Virus record (IMG/VR): IMGVR_UViG_3300042505_001173
Location: 64,001 to 128,000 of that record
Origin: a virus
DNA length: 64,000 nt
Strand: one strand, 5' to 3'
Part shown: piece after piece, positions 1 to 9,624 of the stretch
How the letters are laid out: every line of letters begins with the position of its first letter
How positions within the stretch are numbered: the first letter of the stretch is position 1
Made by a program: the position numbers and the translations under genes
The notes under the pieces: generated by a model
Database searches by the model: none
Told to the model about the DNA's origin: nothing
The model's input: the letters and a program-made list of their open reading frames with translations, nothing else

Positions 1-511
1 TACGTTCTACTTGTAAGTCAATATCATATTTTTTAAAGTGTTTGGTAAAATCGTGTATACTGTAGCCTTTATCATATAATTTTTTATTCGGTTTGAAATA
101 GACTCTTTCACCGTCAAACGATATAAATGGTACTGTACTACCAAACGTATATGGATCAACATCATATATTTGAGGTTCAAGATCAATTGGTACAGGAAAC
201 GTTGGAATTAACACGCGGCTATTCTTCTTTATTTGCTCCATCAATTCTAAGGTAGTGTGCGTTTTATACTTTGAATGTTTACTGTAACGGTGATAACTTA
301 AATTATATACGAACCATAAATGATCAGGGTGCGCGTATGTAATAGATCCGTCATACATTGTTATTTTATACACATCTGTGATACCTTGATCGTGCGTACT
401 TAATACTTTAGCTATTGTATTTTTAGGTGTTAGTACGTATTCACCCTTTTTAATTGCACCCATGGTAGTCCAACCAGTTGGTGTCATAACTTTACAGCGT
501 CTTGGTTGAGC
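1..511 (-). mobile_element. Intein (Ala1, class-3-like) right after the Walker A Lys of UvsW; partial
   Basis: GK|AQPRRCKVMTPTGWTTMGAIKKGEYV (block A); AHPDHLW (block B with Trp). Confidence 0.8.
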
Positions 512-955
512 TTTTCCAAAACCTGTTCCAGCTAATGCGATACCACTGCCAGCAGCTAACATTGTATTTGCAGCTTCGATTTGATGAGCAGCTAACTTAT
601 AAGGTGTACCGGTTTTTGGATTTGTAATATGACTAAAATAATCTTCATTAACATCGGGCTGTACATCGTAAAATGTACCAGATCTATTATCGACAATATC
701 AATATTATTATATCCTAATTTTCGTAGTGATTTGATAACCTCTGTCATCAAATATACATATGTATTTCCATTATTATAGAAAAATTTGATCTTACCATCC
801 CATGAACCTAATTGAAATAGGGTCATATACTGGTACCCGTCAACAAATAACGCGTAACGGTCACATAAAAAGTTTATATGATCTGCATAGATACCTGAAA
901 AATTACAATTGATCTCATCAGAGATAGTAACCCTAACTTTAGTATTGATAATCAT
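1..955 (-). CDS. uvsW: UvsW-like SF2 helicase, N-terminal part with intein; runs off the window edge
   Basis: Not in ORF track. Manual translation from ATG 955: MIINTKVRV...GSWDGKIKFF...LAAHQIEAA...AGTGFGK (Walker A); next to uvsY and uvsX. Confidence 0.85.
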   Translation of the reverse strand, partial: MIINTKVRVTISDEINCNFSGIYADHINFLCDRYALFVDGYQYMTLFQLGSWDGKIKFFYNNGNTYVYLMTEVIKSLRKLGYNNIDIVDNRSGTFYDVQPDVNEDYFSHITNPKTGTPYKLAAHQIEAANTMLAAGSGIALAGTGFGKAQPRRCKVMTPTGWTTMGAIKKGEYVLTPKNTIAKVLSTHDQGITDVYKITMYDGSITYAHPDHLWFVYNLSYHRYSKHSKYKTHTTLELMEQIKKNSRVLIPTFPVPIDLEPQIYDVDPYTFGSTVPFISFDGERVYFKPNKKLYDKGYSIHDFTKHFKKYDIDLQVER

Positions 956-967
956 TTATAGTCCTGT

Positions 968-1438
968 TTATGGAATTAACCAATCATCGTTCGATGCGAT
1001 AATTAATCTTGTTAGATTGTTTAATGCGTACCCTAACTTATCATAACTACTCACAACACGTTTGAACTGGTCATGAAGTTCTTCCACTTTAAGATATTTT
1101 TCTAGCATGTCAAGGTACACTGGATCATGCTTAATATATTCTTCTTTATCTTTTGGTGTTAATACCCGATCCATTTTTTCAGTATATTTTTGCCATAATT
1201 TACCTTTTGTTGAATCAAGAACTAATTTTACATATTCTTTAATGTATTTTACTTCTACTTCTTTTTCATGGTAATAGTTGGCCCAACCGGATTGTTCTGC
1301 ATTCACAACACTAATAGGTTTACCAGATATTCTTAAAAGATCTTCAACTTCGTCCAAATATGATGTGTATACATTGATAACTTTATCTAAATTATTCAAA
1401 TCTTTCTTAATCAAATCGAGAGCTTTCATTACCTTCAC
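968..1438 (-). CDS. uvsY: UvsY-like recombination mediator
   Basis: Helical 156 aa, LTPKDKEEYIKHDP...LGYALNNLTRL; between uvsX and uvsW. Confidence 0.75.
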   Translation of the reverse strand: MKVMKALDLIKKDLNNLDKVINVYTSYLDEVEDLLRISGKPISVVNAEQSGWANYYHEKEVEVKYIKEYVKLVLDSTKGKLWQKYTEKMDRVLTPKDKEEYIKHDPVYLDMLEKYLKVEELHDQFKRVVSSYDKLGYALNNLTRLIIASNDDWLIP

Positions 1439-1449
1439 CGTATAACGAA

Positions 1450-1471
1450 GAGTGCTCCTTAAGGAGCACTC
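1450..1471. terminator. Palindromic hairpin between uvsX and uvsY
   Basis: GAGTGCTCCTTAAGGAGCACTC. Confidence 0.5.
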
Positions 1472-1483
1472 AGTTTAAAATGC

Positions 1484-2629
1484 TTATTCTACAATAAAAT
1501 CATCATCATATCCAGACATATCTACAGCTGTCGAATCTACTAATGGTATCGATACACCTATATTAGCTGGTACAGCTTCTGGAATTTCTTCAAGCTCAGC
1601 ATCATCTTTTGAAATTTGCAAGAAAACATTTGTTTTTTCATTACATTTTTCAATAATTCTATCAGCATGCTGTGCAATATCTCTAGCGTACCATTTATTT
1701 TTCTCTTCGCCGTCGATATAAACATACGACCCAGCTTTTTTCAATACACCTAATCCAACAGCAACATCAGATAAACCACTTAATGGATTCATACCGGTAT
1801 CGTATGGTACTTCTACTGTAACTGTTTGATAAGGTTTAGTAAACCTTGTTTTGAATGCTTCGCATTTCATTCGAATACCAGCGATACCTGCTTCAGCTGA
1901 CTCACCTTTCAGTTTTAATTTAGTAATTAAAATAATTTGAGACAAGCTGTATCTAATAGCGCCATTAACTACCCAAGCGCCTTCACCTTGCATTAACTGA
2001 TCACGTGATGCTGCATAGACCTGTTTAGTAACGATCATGCTAATATTCAATCCCTTAACATCGCCGACGAAGGTTTTAAGCATTTGTTTAATTTGTTTTG
2101 GGTGTTGCCCCTGATCAGCATTAGCATCACCTTTCTCGTATTTGTCTGCTTCTGTTTCAGTCTGTAACATATCACAGCTATCGATAGCGATCAATACCTT
2201 AGGTGCATCTACACCATCTCCGTATTCGCTACGATAACCTTTAATATACGAGCTTACAATTTTAATTACTTGAGGTATAGTTACTACTTGTACAGGCATA
2301 TAATACGGGTCTTCTGTATCAATACCAATTGCTGACGCAAATTGATCATCAAAAGCGCCCTCACTATCTAGTAATAGAATAAATGCGCCTTCCTTTTGAG
2401 CTTGTTTAACAATATTTGCTAATAAGAAGCTTTTACCAGCTCCTGATGGACCTGCTAAACCGGTCACACGACCTTGAGGTATACAATGGTTAAAATCACC
2501 GCTTACGATTTTATTTAAAACGTAATTACCAGAACCAAACCAATATCTTGGAGGTGAAGTATCAGTACTTACACCTTCCATCTTGCTGATGGTTTTTTTG
2601 AAATCTTTTAAAAAATCCATTGTCATCAC
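1484..2629 (-). CDS. uvsX: UvsX/RecA-like recombinase
   Basis: GPSGAGKS, LDSEGA, IAIDS, KTRFTKPY. Confidence 0.95.
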   Translation of the reverse strand: MMTMDFLKDFKKTISKMEGVSTDTSPPRYWFGSGNYVLNKIVSGDFNHCIPQGRVTGLAGPSGAGKSFLLANIVKQAQKEGAFILLLDSEGAFDDQFASAIGIDTEDPYYMPVQVVTIPQVIKIVSSYIKGYRSEYGDGVDAPKVLIAIDSCDMLQTETEADKYEKGDANADQGQHPKQIKQMLKTFVGDVKGLNISMIVTKQVYAASRDQLMQGEGAWVVNGAIRYSLSQIILITKLKLKGESAEAGIAGIRMKCEAFKTRFTKPYQTVTVEVPYDTGMNPLSGLSDVAVGLGVLKKAGSYVYIDGEEKNKWYARDIAQHADRIIEKCNEKTNVFLQISKDDAELEEIPEAVPANIGVSIPLVDSTAVDMSGYDDDFIVE

Positions 2630-2767
2630 CTATAATATACATAATGTTAAATTAAGGAGATTCAATGACCGAGTCTTTTAATAACGTATTATTAAAAATC
2701 ATTTCTCATTGAATCTCCATTAAGAGACATTAAGGAATAATATGTCGCAACGACAATTATAGATTAA

Positions 2768-3046
2768 CTATGCTGCAACAATATCTGTATTATTCCAAAA
2801 CGCTAACGGTAAGAATACTGCATCTGATTTCAAGTACTTGTGTAACCCTTGATATACGTACAGGTTCAATCCGTCTGTAGTTAATGCTGTAGTTAGATCA
2901 GCTGTATAAGCTGGTGTTATTAGTTTCAAAACTGCTGCTACAGATTTATTATCAATTGTTATGTTTTTATAATTATAAAAAACATACCACGAATAATGTT
3001 TAATAACACAATCTAAAATGCTAAAATCTGGTGTAGTCATGTTCAT
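2768..3046 (-). CDS. Hypothetical protein
   Basis: ORF with 4-nt overlap to the upstream gene. Confidence 0.6.
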   Translation of the reverse strand: MNMTTPDFSILDCVIKHYSWYVFYNYKNITIDNKSVAAVLKLITPAYTADLTTALTTDGLNLYVYQGLHKYLKSDAVFLPLAFWNNTDIVAA

Positions 3047-3384
3047 GCATGTACCTCTGGTTGGTTAACTACTGTGTAGTTAGTTGAATTAGGAATCACT
3101 AAAATATTATTATTAGGGAACACCGCTTTAAATTTAGCAGCAGTTTGTGTCGCTAATGATTGGTATTTCGATGATGATAATTCACCACGATTAATGCGTA
3201 CTATGATTACAGAACCAGTTTTTAAACATAAAACTTTAGGCTGATCGCAACATCCTTCAGATGCTTCTGAACAATCCTCATCACCATCGTCAATAACATC
3301 GACGATATCAACAGTAACTGCCGTTGATGAGTTAGAAGATTTTGAGGATGAATTTGAATTAGTATTTGATTGGGTCTCCGCCAT
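3043..3384 (-). CDS. Hypothetical protein, Ser/Asp-rich N-terminus
   Basis: ORF with GGAG RBS and an upstream ATAAATA late-type motif (~3442-3449). Confidence 0.65.
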   Translation of the reverse strand: MAETQSNTNSNSSSKSSNSSTAVTVDIVDVIDDGDEDCSEASEGCCDQPKVLCLKTGSVIIVRINRGELSSSKYQSLATQTAAKFKAVFPNNNILVIPNSTNYTVVNQPEVHA

Positions 3385-3490
3385 TTTTACAACTCCCTTA
3401 TATTAAAAATACATGCTCACCGAGTCATTCGATGTGCATTGTATTTATTATATTTGAGAGTTGCAATTAAACGGACACCTTACAAAAATT

Positions 3491-4129
3491 TTAAACTAAT
3501 TCTATATGTACTGGTTTTTTTGATTCCAATACAATTTGTTGTTCTACTACAGGGTTAACGTACGGTTCCGAATTTACTAACTTATTCCAAAACTCTGGAT
3601 CTTTCCACGATTTAACGATTGCATCACTAAATTTAATATCTTGAATACCAAAATTCCACCAACCGTTCCAATTACCCCAGGTTTTGTTTGTTGCTTCTGC
3701 CCAACCTGAAGTTGTTTCATGTACTCTTACAGAATGCAATGACATTGAATTTGCATTCTCGCCATTATTGAATTGCGTATTTTTAATTATTGCATCAATA
3801 GCATGATACATCATTAATGAAATTGCTTCAGCGCTAGGTGAGGTAGGTGTAATAATAACTCGAGGACAATGATTAGCAATCATATTTTTAAATGATTCAG
3901 GTTCTGCATCCCAAATTGTATAAGCATTATCAAACGATTTTACAAATTCACCGATGGTTGGTTTAAACAACCCAAAATCCATAACCATTTGACCATTATC
4001 TAATTTGTCACCCTGTACTACTACTTCGACGGAATACGTATGAGAGTGTATGCTACGTTTACAACGCTCGCTAGAGCAATTTCTAACGATATGCATATTA
4101 TTGAACTGAAATTGTTTTCTAATTAACAT
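3491..4129 (-). CDS. queD: 6-carboxy-5,6,7,8-tetrahydropterin synthase (QueD-like)
   Basis: HIVRNCSSERCKRSIHSHTY, GQMVMDFG, SPSAE, VRVHET. Confidence 0.85.
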   Translation of the reverse strand: MLIRKQFQFNNMHIVRNCSSERCKRSIHSHTYSVEVVVQGDKLDNGQMVMDFGLFKPTIGEFVKSFDNAYTIWDAEPESFKNMIANHCPRVIITPTSPSAEAISLMMYHAIDAIIKNTQFNNGENANSMSLHSVRVHETTSGWAEATNKTWGNWNGWWNFGIQDIKFSDAIVKSWKDPEFWNKLVNSEPYVNPVVEQQIVLESKKPVHIELV

Positions 4130-4133
4130 CGTT

Positions 4134-4508
4134 TTAACCCTCGATATGGTAGCTTAATACATCTGAATATCCTGGAGCGCTTACATCACCTTCAAATGTA
4201 CATTTACATAAGGAAACTTTAATAGTGTGAGGTCTATCAATCGTTTTTAGTACTCTTTCTTTTATCATATGACTAATAACGCTACACACGTCATAATAAA
4301 GATTTTTTGATTCTGCTAATAAGAAATGACGTAAACTGTACGAAGCTATTTCAGCACTATCAGTAATTAAACAATGATCCAGTGAATCAATAATTTGCAA
4401 ATATAACGCAGGCTCTACTACACGGTCAAACATTAATTCGATTTTTACAGAGCCACCTATATATTTGCTATGACCCATTTCAACGACATCTGATACAATA
4501 AAATTCAT
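4134..4508 (-). CDS. Hypothetical, possibly a degenerate QueD/T-fold paralog
   Basis: EMGH and IIDSLDHCLI resemble QueD His motifs; adjacent to queD. Confidence 0.45.
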   Translation of the reverse strand: MNFIVSDVVEMGHSKYIGGSVKIELMFDRVVEPALYLQIIDSLDHCLITDSAEIASYSLRHFLLAESKNLYYDVCSVISHMIKERVLKTIDRPHTIKVSLCKCTFEGDVSAPGYSDVLSYHIEG

Positions 4509-4687
4509 AACTGTTCCTGTTTACCTGGTACTACTGAAAGAGAGTTATGATCATAACTCGGTTTGATTATTTGGTTTTCTTCTTCATTATCCATAGGTCT
4601 TCGATCGTAAACAACGGTATCGATAATACCAACTACCATGATCGTGAATAAAACCCATAAAAGAAAAGTTTTTAAATCTGAGGCCAT
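4505..4687 (-). CDS. Small membrane protein
   Basis: N-terminal hydrophobic helix; AGGAG RBS. Confidence 0.6.
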   Translation of the reverse strand: MASDLKTFLLWVLFTIMVVGIIDTVVYDRRPMDNEEENQIIKPSYDHNSLSVVPGKQEQL

Positions 4688-4705
4688 TTTTATCTCCTAA
4701 TAAAT

Positions 4706-4732
4706 GAGTGAGTAGCTAATAACTACTCACTC
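4706..4732 (-). terminator. Hairpin downstream of gp32
   Basis: GAGTGAGTAG...CTACTCACTC. Confidence 0.6.
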
Positions 4733-4741
4733 GAGCATTAT

Positions 4742-5680
4742 TTAGCCAGCTTTGTTACGTCTTGCGTTTCGAAGTTGCTCTAAAATAGCTTCAGCTTCAT
4801 CATCTTCATCGTTTGATACTTGAATCGTTGGTTTAGATTCTGCAGCGACTGCTACAGTTGCAGTAGGTGCTGATGTTGCTTGTAAAATATCACTGGTAGA
4901 TGATAACGTCGCTGTAGGTGCACTAGACGCACCAGGAGTATAGGATGTACCGTTTAGGAACGCGTTTAATGCAGCATTAACATCATCTAATGATGGTTTA
5001 GCTGGAAGTAATGACTTCAACTCGACGTATTCTGATTCAATAAATTCAATTGTTTCATCATCTAACGCTGTTGGTTGTTTTGCGAAACGACTTCTAATAT
5101 AACTGAAGTAATTCCCATCAACTGTTTTACGAGCAATGAAGTTACAACCTAATTTATAATCATGTGGTGGCTCATCAACATCTTCTAATGAAATATCCAC
5201 CGCTTCATACACTTGTGATCTAATAACCACAGGACAAACCTTACCTTCATATGTTTCAGAAGTTTCTGGATTGGGTGGTAATGGATCTTTAACAACGTAA
5301 ACTTGAGCTAACCAATCTCGACTACGGTATAACTGTTTACCAGTTACAGAAGTTTTACCTTCGTTTTTGTAATACATCACACTTGCTTTACAGATTGGGC
5401 ATTGATCGCCATACATTTTAAGACATGGGACACGTTTCTTTTCACCGTTAATCGTAAGAATATGAATATCACGTTCTGCAAAGAACCATTGATTATCTAT
5501 ATCTTTATCTGGTAAAAATCTGAAAATTGCTTCTGAGCCAGCTTCTGCTGAAAAGAAAGGGTAGTATTTGGAATTGCCGTAGTTGGGTTGAGCGCTAGGT
5601 GCGCGACCGTTGCTTTTGAATTTTGATCTTAAAGCGTTAAGGTCAAAGGTTCTACGAGTTGCTGTCATATTAATCACCAT
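4742..5680 (-). CDS. Single-stranded DNA-binding protein (T4 gp32-like)
   Basis: IFRFLPD, PCLKMYGDQCPIC Zn motif, VYVVKDP, acidic tail. Confidence 0.9.
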   Translation of the reverse strand: MVINMTATRRTFDLNALRSKFKSNGRAPSAQPNYGNSKYYPFFSAEAGSEAIFRFLPDKDIDNQWFFAERDIHILTINGEKKRVPCLKMYGDQCPICKASVMYYKNEGKTSVTGKQLYRSRDWLAQVYVVKDPLPPNPETSETYEGKVCPVVIRSQVYEAVDISLEDVDEPPHDYKLGCNFIARKTVDGNYFSYIRSRFAKQPTALDDETIEFIESEYVELKSLLPAKPSLDDVNAALNAFLNGTSYTPGASSAPTATLSSTSDILQATSAPTATVAVAAESKPTIQVSNDEDDEAEAILEQLRNARRNKAG

Positions 5681-5783
5681 TATTTTATCTTTATTAATTT
5701 AGAATTAGGTTTAAGATTTCTCTTTAAGGTGAACCTATACACCTCTACCATTAGCACATTTAGTTAACTAAACACACTCTACT

Positions 5784-5812
5784 ATTATATGATTGTTTAC
5801 TTAAAAAATCAA
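5784..5812 (-). promoter_or_regulatory. Sigma70-type promoter upstream of gp32
   Basis: TTGATT-17 nt-TATAAT on the minus strand. Confidence 0.7.
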
Positions 5813-5970
5813 TGTATATTCTTGATATCCGATAAAAAATCATCGTTATTCGTTGTTGGTAGTTCTACCTGTTTCATTAAAAATGTAATGTAGTCAGAAA
5901 ACTCAACTGGTGTTAATTCTTTGAGGTCTGTACCGTAAATCTCATTATATTTGTCTATAGATAGTTGCAT
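5809..5970 (-). CDS. Small hypothetical protein (53 aa, below ORF-track cutoff)
   Basis: MQLSIDKYNEIYGTDLKELTPVEFSDY...; GGTG RBS. Confidence 0.5.
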   Translation of the reverse strand: MQLSIDKYNEIYGTDLKELTPVEFSDYITFLMKQVELPTTNNDDFLSDIKNIH

Positions 5971-6046
5971 ATTTATCACCAAAAAATGAATATTAACCTT
6001 GATTTTCGCAGTCTAAATATTTATAAAAATACATTATGAGGTCGTT

Positions 6047-6229
6047 ATGAATTTACACACAAAAACACAATACGCCATTAAAGTTAATGGTATGATTCAA
6101 CAAAAGTATGCAACATCAGAAGAAGCAAATTATCAGTTATCAGGTTTGAGACAATCACACCCAGGTATATACGAACATGCTTCAATTGTAGTTGTTTCAG
6201 ATGATAATAGAGAGATGCTCCTTGGTTAA
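6047..6229 (+). CDS. Hypothetical protein
   Basis: GAGG RBS; TAAATA motif upstream. Confidence 0.65.
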   Translation: MNLHTKTQYAIKVNGMIQQKYATSEEANYQLSGLRQSHPGIYEHASIVVVSDDNREMLLG

Positions 6230-6539
6230 TCGTTTACCTGAAATTAAAACTCTGTACAATAGACTTAAATCATCTGCTAAGTCTCGTAATATTGAGTTTA
6301 AATTAAGCATTACTGATTTATATGATTTATCGTTTCCGATAACTTGTCCTATTTTAGGAATACCTATGAAATTTAATAGAGGTGTACCACAGGATGATAG
6401 TTATTCGATTGATAGAGTTGACTCTTCTAAAGGGTATATAGCTGATAACATTAGAGTTATCAGCTATAGAGCTAATCGGTTGAAAAGCGATGGTACTAAA
6501 ACTGAAATTATTAAATTATCAGATTATATTACACTATAG
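6192..6539 (+). CDS. HNH-like endonuclease (start uncertain)
   Basis: CPILG...SIDRVDSSKGYIADNIRVISYRANRLKSD. Confidence 0.8.
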   Translation: MFQMIIERCSLVNRLPEIKTLYNRLKSSAKSRNIEFKLSITDLYDLSFPITCPILGIPMKFNRGVPQDDSYSIDRVDSSKGYIADNIRVISYRANRLKSDGTKTEIIKLSDYITL

Positions 6540-6565
6540 TACACAATTACAACACACTAAAAATA

Positions 6566-7255
6566 TTAAGATAACATAGTACCTACATCATTACGATTTA
6601 GATAACAATCTTGTAAGAAATCTAACACTTCATTCATTAAATTATTACTAACCTTAGCTGTTTTAAGGAAATGGGTTAAATATTCGTTATCTTCTTTATC
6701 GCTCCAAATTTTTACATAAGTTCCATCTTTATATCCGTTGTTTTGACGGAAAATATTTAATGCGTTTTTACCAATATACATTTTATACAGATCGTTAAAA
6801 TTCTTTCCTAATCCGTACCAAACTGCAAAGAATGATTCAAAGCAAAAGTAACTTTCATATGGATCTGGAGCTGTTACATGATGTACCAAGTTACAAATAT
6901 CACCTCTAATTTGCGCTGCATCTAAAATAGTAAAGTCATCCTCAACACTATTAATAACTTCAACCATATTGTCCCATTCATCGTCAGTGATGGTGACGTT
7001 CCCGTTTGCATCAAGTACGTAACTCATACCAAAATGCCAGATATCGACCATTTCCATGATTACTTGATTCATGTCAGGCTCTTGATGTTTCCACCATTTA
7101 TACCCGAGGTGCTCAATTAGTTCTGCACTCTCAGCTAAAATTGCTTCATTCCAAGCAAAGTGTTGAGATTTCCAATCGGTGTGTACATGTTTATTAAAAC
7201 TATCTTGCATTGCGAACATAGTTTGAATTAATTCTTGTTTTGAAGCTTCGCTCAT
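6566..7255 (-). CDS. dut: Dimeric all-alpha dUTPase
   Basis: ESAEL...GYKWWK...EMVDIWHF...KNALNIFRQNNGYKDGTYVKIW...EDNE. Confidence 0.9.
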   Translation of the reverse strand: MSEASKQELIQTMFAMQDSFNKHVHTDWKSQHFAWNEAILAESAELIEHLGYKWWKHQEPDMNQVIMEMVDIWHFGMSYVLDANGNVTITDDEWDNMVEVINSVEDDFTILDAAQIRGDICNLVHHVTAPDPYESYFCFESFFAVWYGLGKNFNDLYKMYIGKNALNIFRQNNGYKDGTYVKIWSDKEDNEYLTHFLKTAKVSNNLMNEVLDFLQDCYLNRNDVGTMLS

Positions 7256-7264
7256 AATGTAACC

Positions 7265-7720
7265 TTATTTTTTAACATGATTTAAATAATACCCAACCCA
7301 ATCCCCCATAAAGATGTTTTGCGCATCTTTAAGTGAAATTTTTCCCCTACAAATATCTTTTTGCATTTTACGTTCTAACACATCTTTATTATAAGCAGTA
7401 ACATTTACACTTTTGTATGGTTGAGGCCACAAATTAGCTTCACTAGATGGTGCACCACCACTCGATAAAGGTAAAAGATGATCAAGCTCATAATGAGATA
7501 AATTTGTATCTGCATACCCGTATTTTTTAATTAATTTTTTTTTCAATTTGTTGGTGTACGATACCGGTGGACGTACCGTACTTGTCCAATTTGGTACACA
7601 AATTGTTTGATGAATGTTATCCTGTGTTACATCAGGGTTAATATCTCCAGGAGTGTAGATGTTTGGTACAGCTGACACGGTTGAAGATACAAATATCCCC
7701 AAGATTAATAATTTTTTCAT
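7265..7720 (-). CDS. Signal-peptide-bearing HNH-fold protein
   Basis: N-terminal signal peptide; YELDHLLPLSSGG...NLWPQ...KDVLE. Confidence 0.7.
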   Translation of the reverse strand: MKKLLILGIFVSSTVSAVPNIYTPGDINPDVTQDNIHQTICVPNWTSTVRPPVSYTNKLKKKLIKKYGYADTNLSHYELDHLLPLSSGGAPSSEANLWPQPYKSVNVTAYNKDVLERKMQKDICRGKISLKDAQNIFMGDWVGYYLNHVKK

Positions 7721-7735
7721 ATAGATCTCAACATG

Positions 7736-8422
7736 TTAAATGAATGATTGTGTGATATATGTAATATCATGCTTGTAAAAATGTTTATATTTTTGCAAGA
7801 TCTGTACAGGTACTTCAGTTCCATATCTTTCGTACATTAAATGTAATGTTGATCGACTTGTAATATAATGGTATCCACGAAATACATCAACTAGATGAAT
7901 ACGTACAGATTTTTTATTTGGATTGAACCACGAACTATCAGCTGTTACACTTTCCACACCATTATAGTCTACTCTAGATGTTTTGACATCAGCTGAAACT
8001 CTATTTCCGTTGCAATAATATGTAATATCCTCGCCACGAATTTGACTATCTTTTGATTGATTAATTACACCCATCTCAAAATTATCTAGTACTACTTTTA
8101 ATGAAATATATTCAGACATCATACCTATAATTGAGCAGTATGCGCCATGTCTAATATTATATGTCATATAAGGTAGGCTAATATCCATACCATTAAACTT
8201 TTCGGGTATACCCATATGTTCATATACATTGATAATAAAATCTTTATATTTTTCACCTTTAATATCATCATGGATATTAAAGTTGGGATAATTACCACTA
8301 AGATATTGAATTATATCAACAACTTGAAAACCATCATCTACATTTACATTCTGCGTTTTTAAAAAATTTAGCAAATTTGTTGAATCTGTTATGAGCTGTT
8401 CAACTGTATTCGGTTTATACAT
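7736..8422 (-). CDS. Hypothetical, possible PD-(D/E)XK nuclease fold
   Basis: G..SE...GEDI...ADVKT pattern. Confidence 0.45.
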   Translation of the reverse strand: MYKPNTVEQLITDSTNLLNFLKTQNVNVDDGFQVVDIIQYLSGNYPNFNIHDDIKGEKYKDFIINVYEHMGIPEKFNGMDISLPYMTYNIRHGAYCSIIGMMSEYISLKVVLDNFEMGVINQSKDSQIRGEDITYYCNGNRVSADVKTSRVDYNGVESVTADSSWFNPNKKSVRIHLVDVFRGYHYITSRSTLHLMYERYGTEVPVQILQKYKHFYKHDITYITQSFI

Positions 8423-8618
8423 TGTATACTAGTTTAAGAAGTTGCTTACGTAACTCTATTGTATATTCTTTTAATACATTTTCATATGGAATATCATATG
8501 TTTCTGCACATTGTTTTGCAATGCTATCTAAAGTGCGCCAATGATCATCGTTAGGTGACTGTAAAGTTTTAATCCCGTAGTATACTAAGTTATCTATAGT
8601 TTGCTGATATCCACTCAT
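8415..8618 (-). CDS. Hypothetical protein
   Basis: ORF overlapping the next gene. Confidence 0.55.
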   Translation of the reverse strand: MSGYQQTIDNLVYYGIKTLQSPNDDHWRTLDSIAKQCAETYDIPYENVLKEYTIELRKQLLKLVYNV

Positions 8619-8835
8619 TTAAATTCCATGCACAAATTAAACTATTATTTAATATGTACATTTTACGGGTAAAATGGTTGATAAACTGTACCGTTTTATG
8701 TATTATATCAAATACACTAACAATATTCAACCAATAACAGTTGGACATTTGAAACACTATTGTGACGTATTGAAAACCTTAAAGTTCTAAAAAACGACTG
8801 ATAAATATTAATTTTACAAATAAGAGCATTATTAA

Positions 8836-9624
8836 ATGAGTAACCCACTATTAACATCATTAAAAATACCAGGCGAAATAGTACGTTTACCTTCTGGAGG
8901 ATTATTCTATGATGAAGGTGTAATAGACCCATCAGTAACGAATGCTGAGGTTACAGTTTACCCTATGAGTGCATATGATGAAATATGCATGCGTAATATA
9001 GGTGAAGTTATCAACGGTAGATCTATATCAAATGTTTTTTCAAGATGTATTCCTCAAATTTTACAACCAGATGAATTATCAGGTAAAGACGTAGATACTT
9101 TATTCATGGTTTTACGTAAAGTTACCTACGGTTCAACACTAATGGTAACATACAAACATGATTGTGAAGAATCTAAAACACACAAATATAGCATCTCACT
9201 GAACAACATTTTAAACACCGTAAAATATATTGATCCAAGTTTAATAGATGATGAATTTACAGTTGTTTTAGAAAATGGACAAGTAGTACAACTAAGACCA
9301 TTAAAATTTAAAGATATTTTATCTATTATGTCAGATGCGAAAGATATTGATTATAATGATTTTTCACATTTTGATATTCAACAAAAATTATTACGTTCAA
9401 CTGTACACTTAATTAAATCTGTTGATGATATTAAAGATCCTGCGTTGATTCAAGAATGGTTAGATACAATTCCGGTTACATGGTTTACACAAATCACTGA
9501 TAAATCTGGATTAAGCAATTCATGGGGAACAGAAAACACCTATACAATCACATGCGAAGATTGCGGAAAAGAGATTGTGATTGATGTTCCTGTTAATCCG
9601 CTAACTTTTTTTTTGGACTTTTAA
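8836..9624 (+). CDS. Baseplate hub assembly protein (T4 gp26-like)
   Basis: RLPSGGLFY, PMSAYDE, DVDTLFMVLRKVTYG, CEDCG, C-terminal NPLTFF; late motif at ~8800. Confidence 0.8.
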   Translation: MSNPLLTSLKIPGEIVRLPSGGLFYDEGVIDPSVTNAEVTVYPMSAYDEICMRNIGEVINGRSISNVFSRCIPQILQPDELSGKDVDTLFMVLRKVTYGSTLMVTYKHDCEESKTHKYSISLNNILNTVKYIDPSLIDDEFTVVLENGQVVQLRPLKFKDILSIMSDAKDIDYNDFSHFDIQQKLLRSTVHLIKSVDDIKDPALIQEWLDTIPVTWFTQITDKSGLSNSWGTENTYTITCEDCGKEIVIDVPVNPLTFFLDF

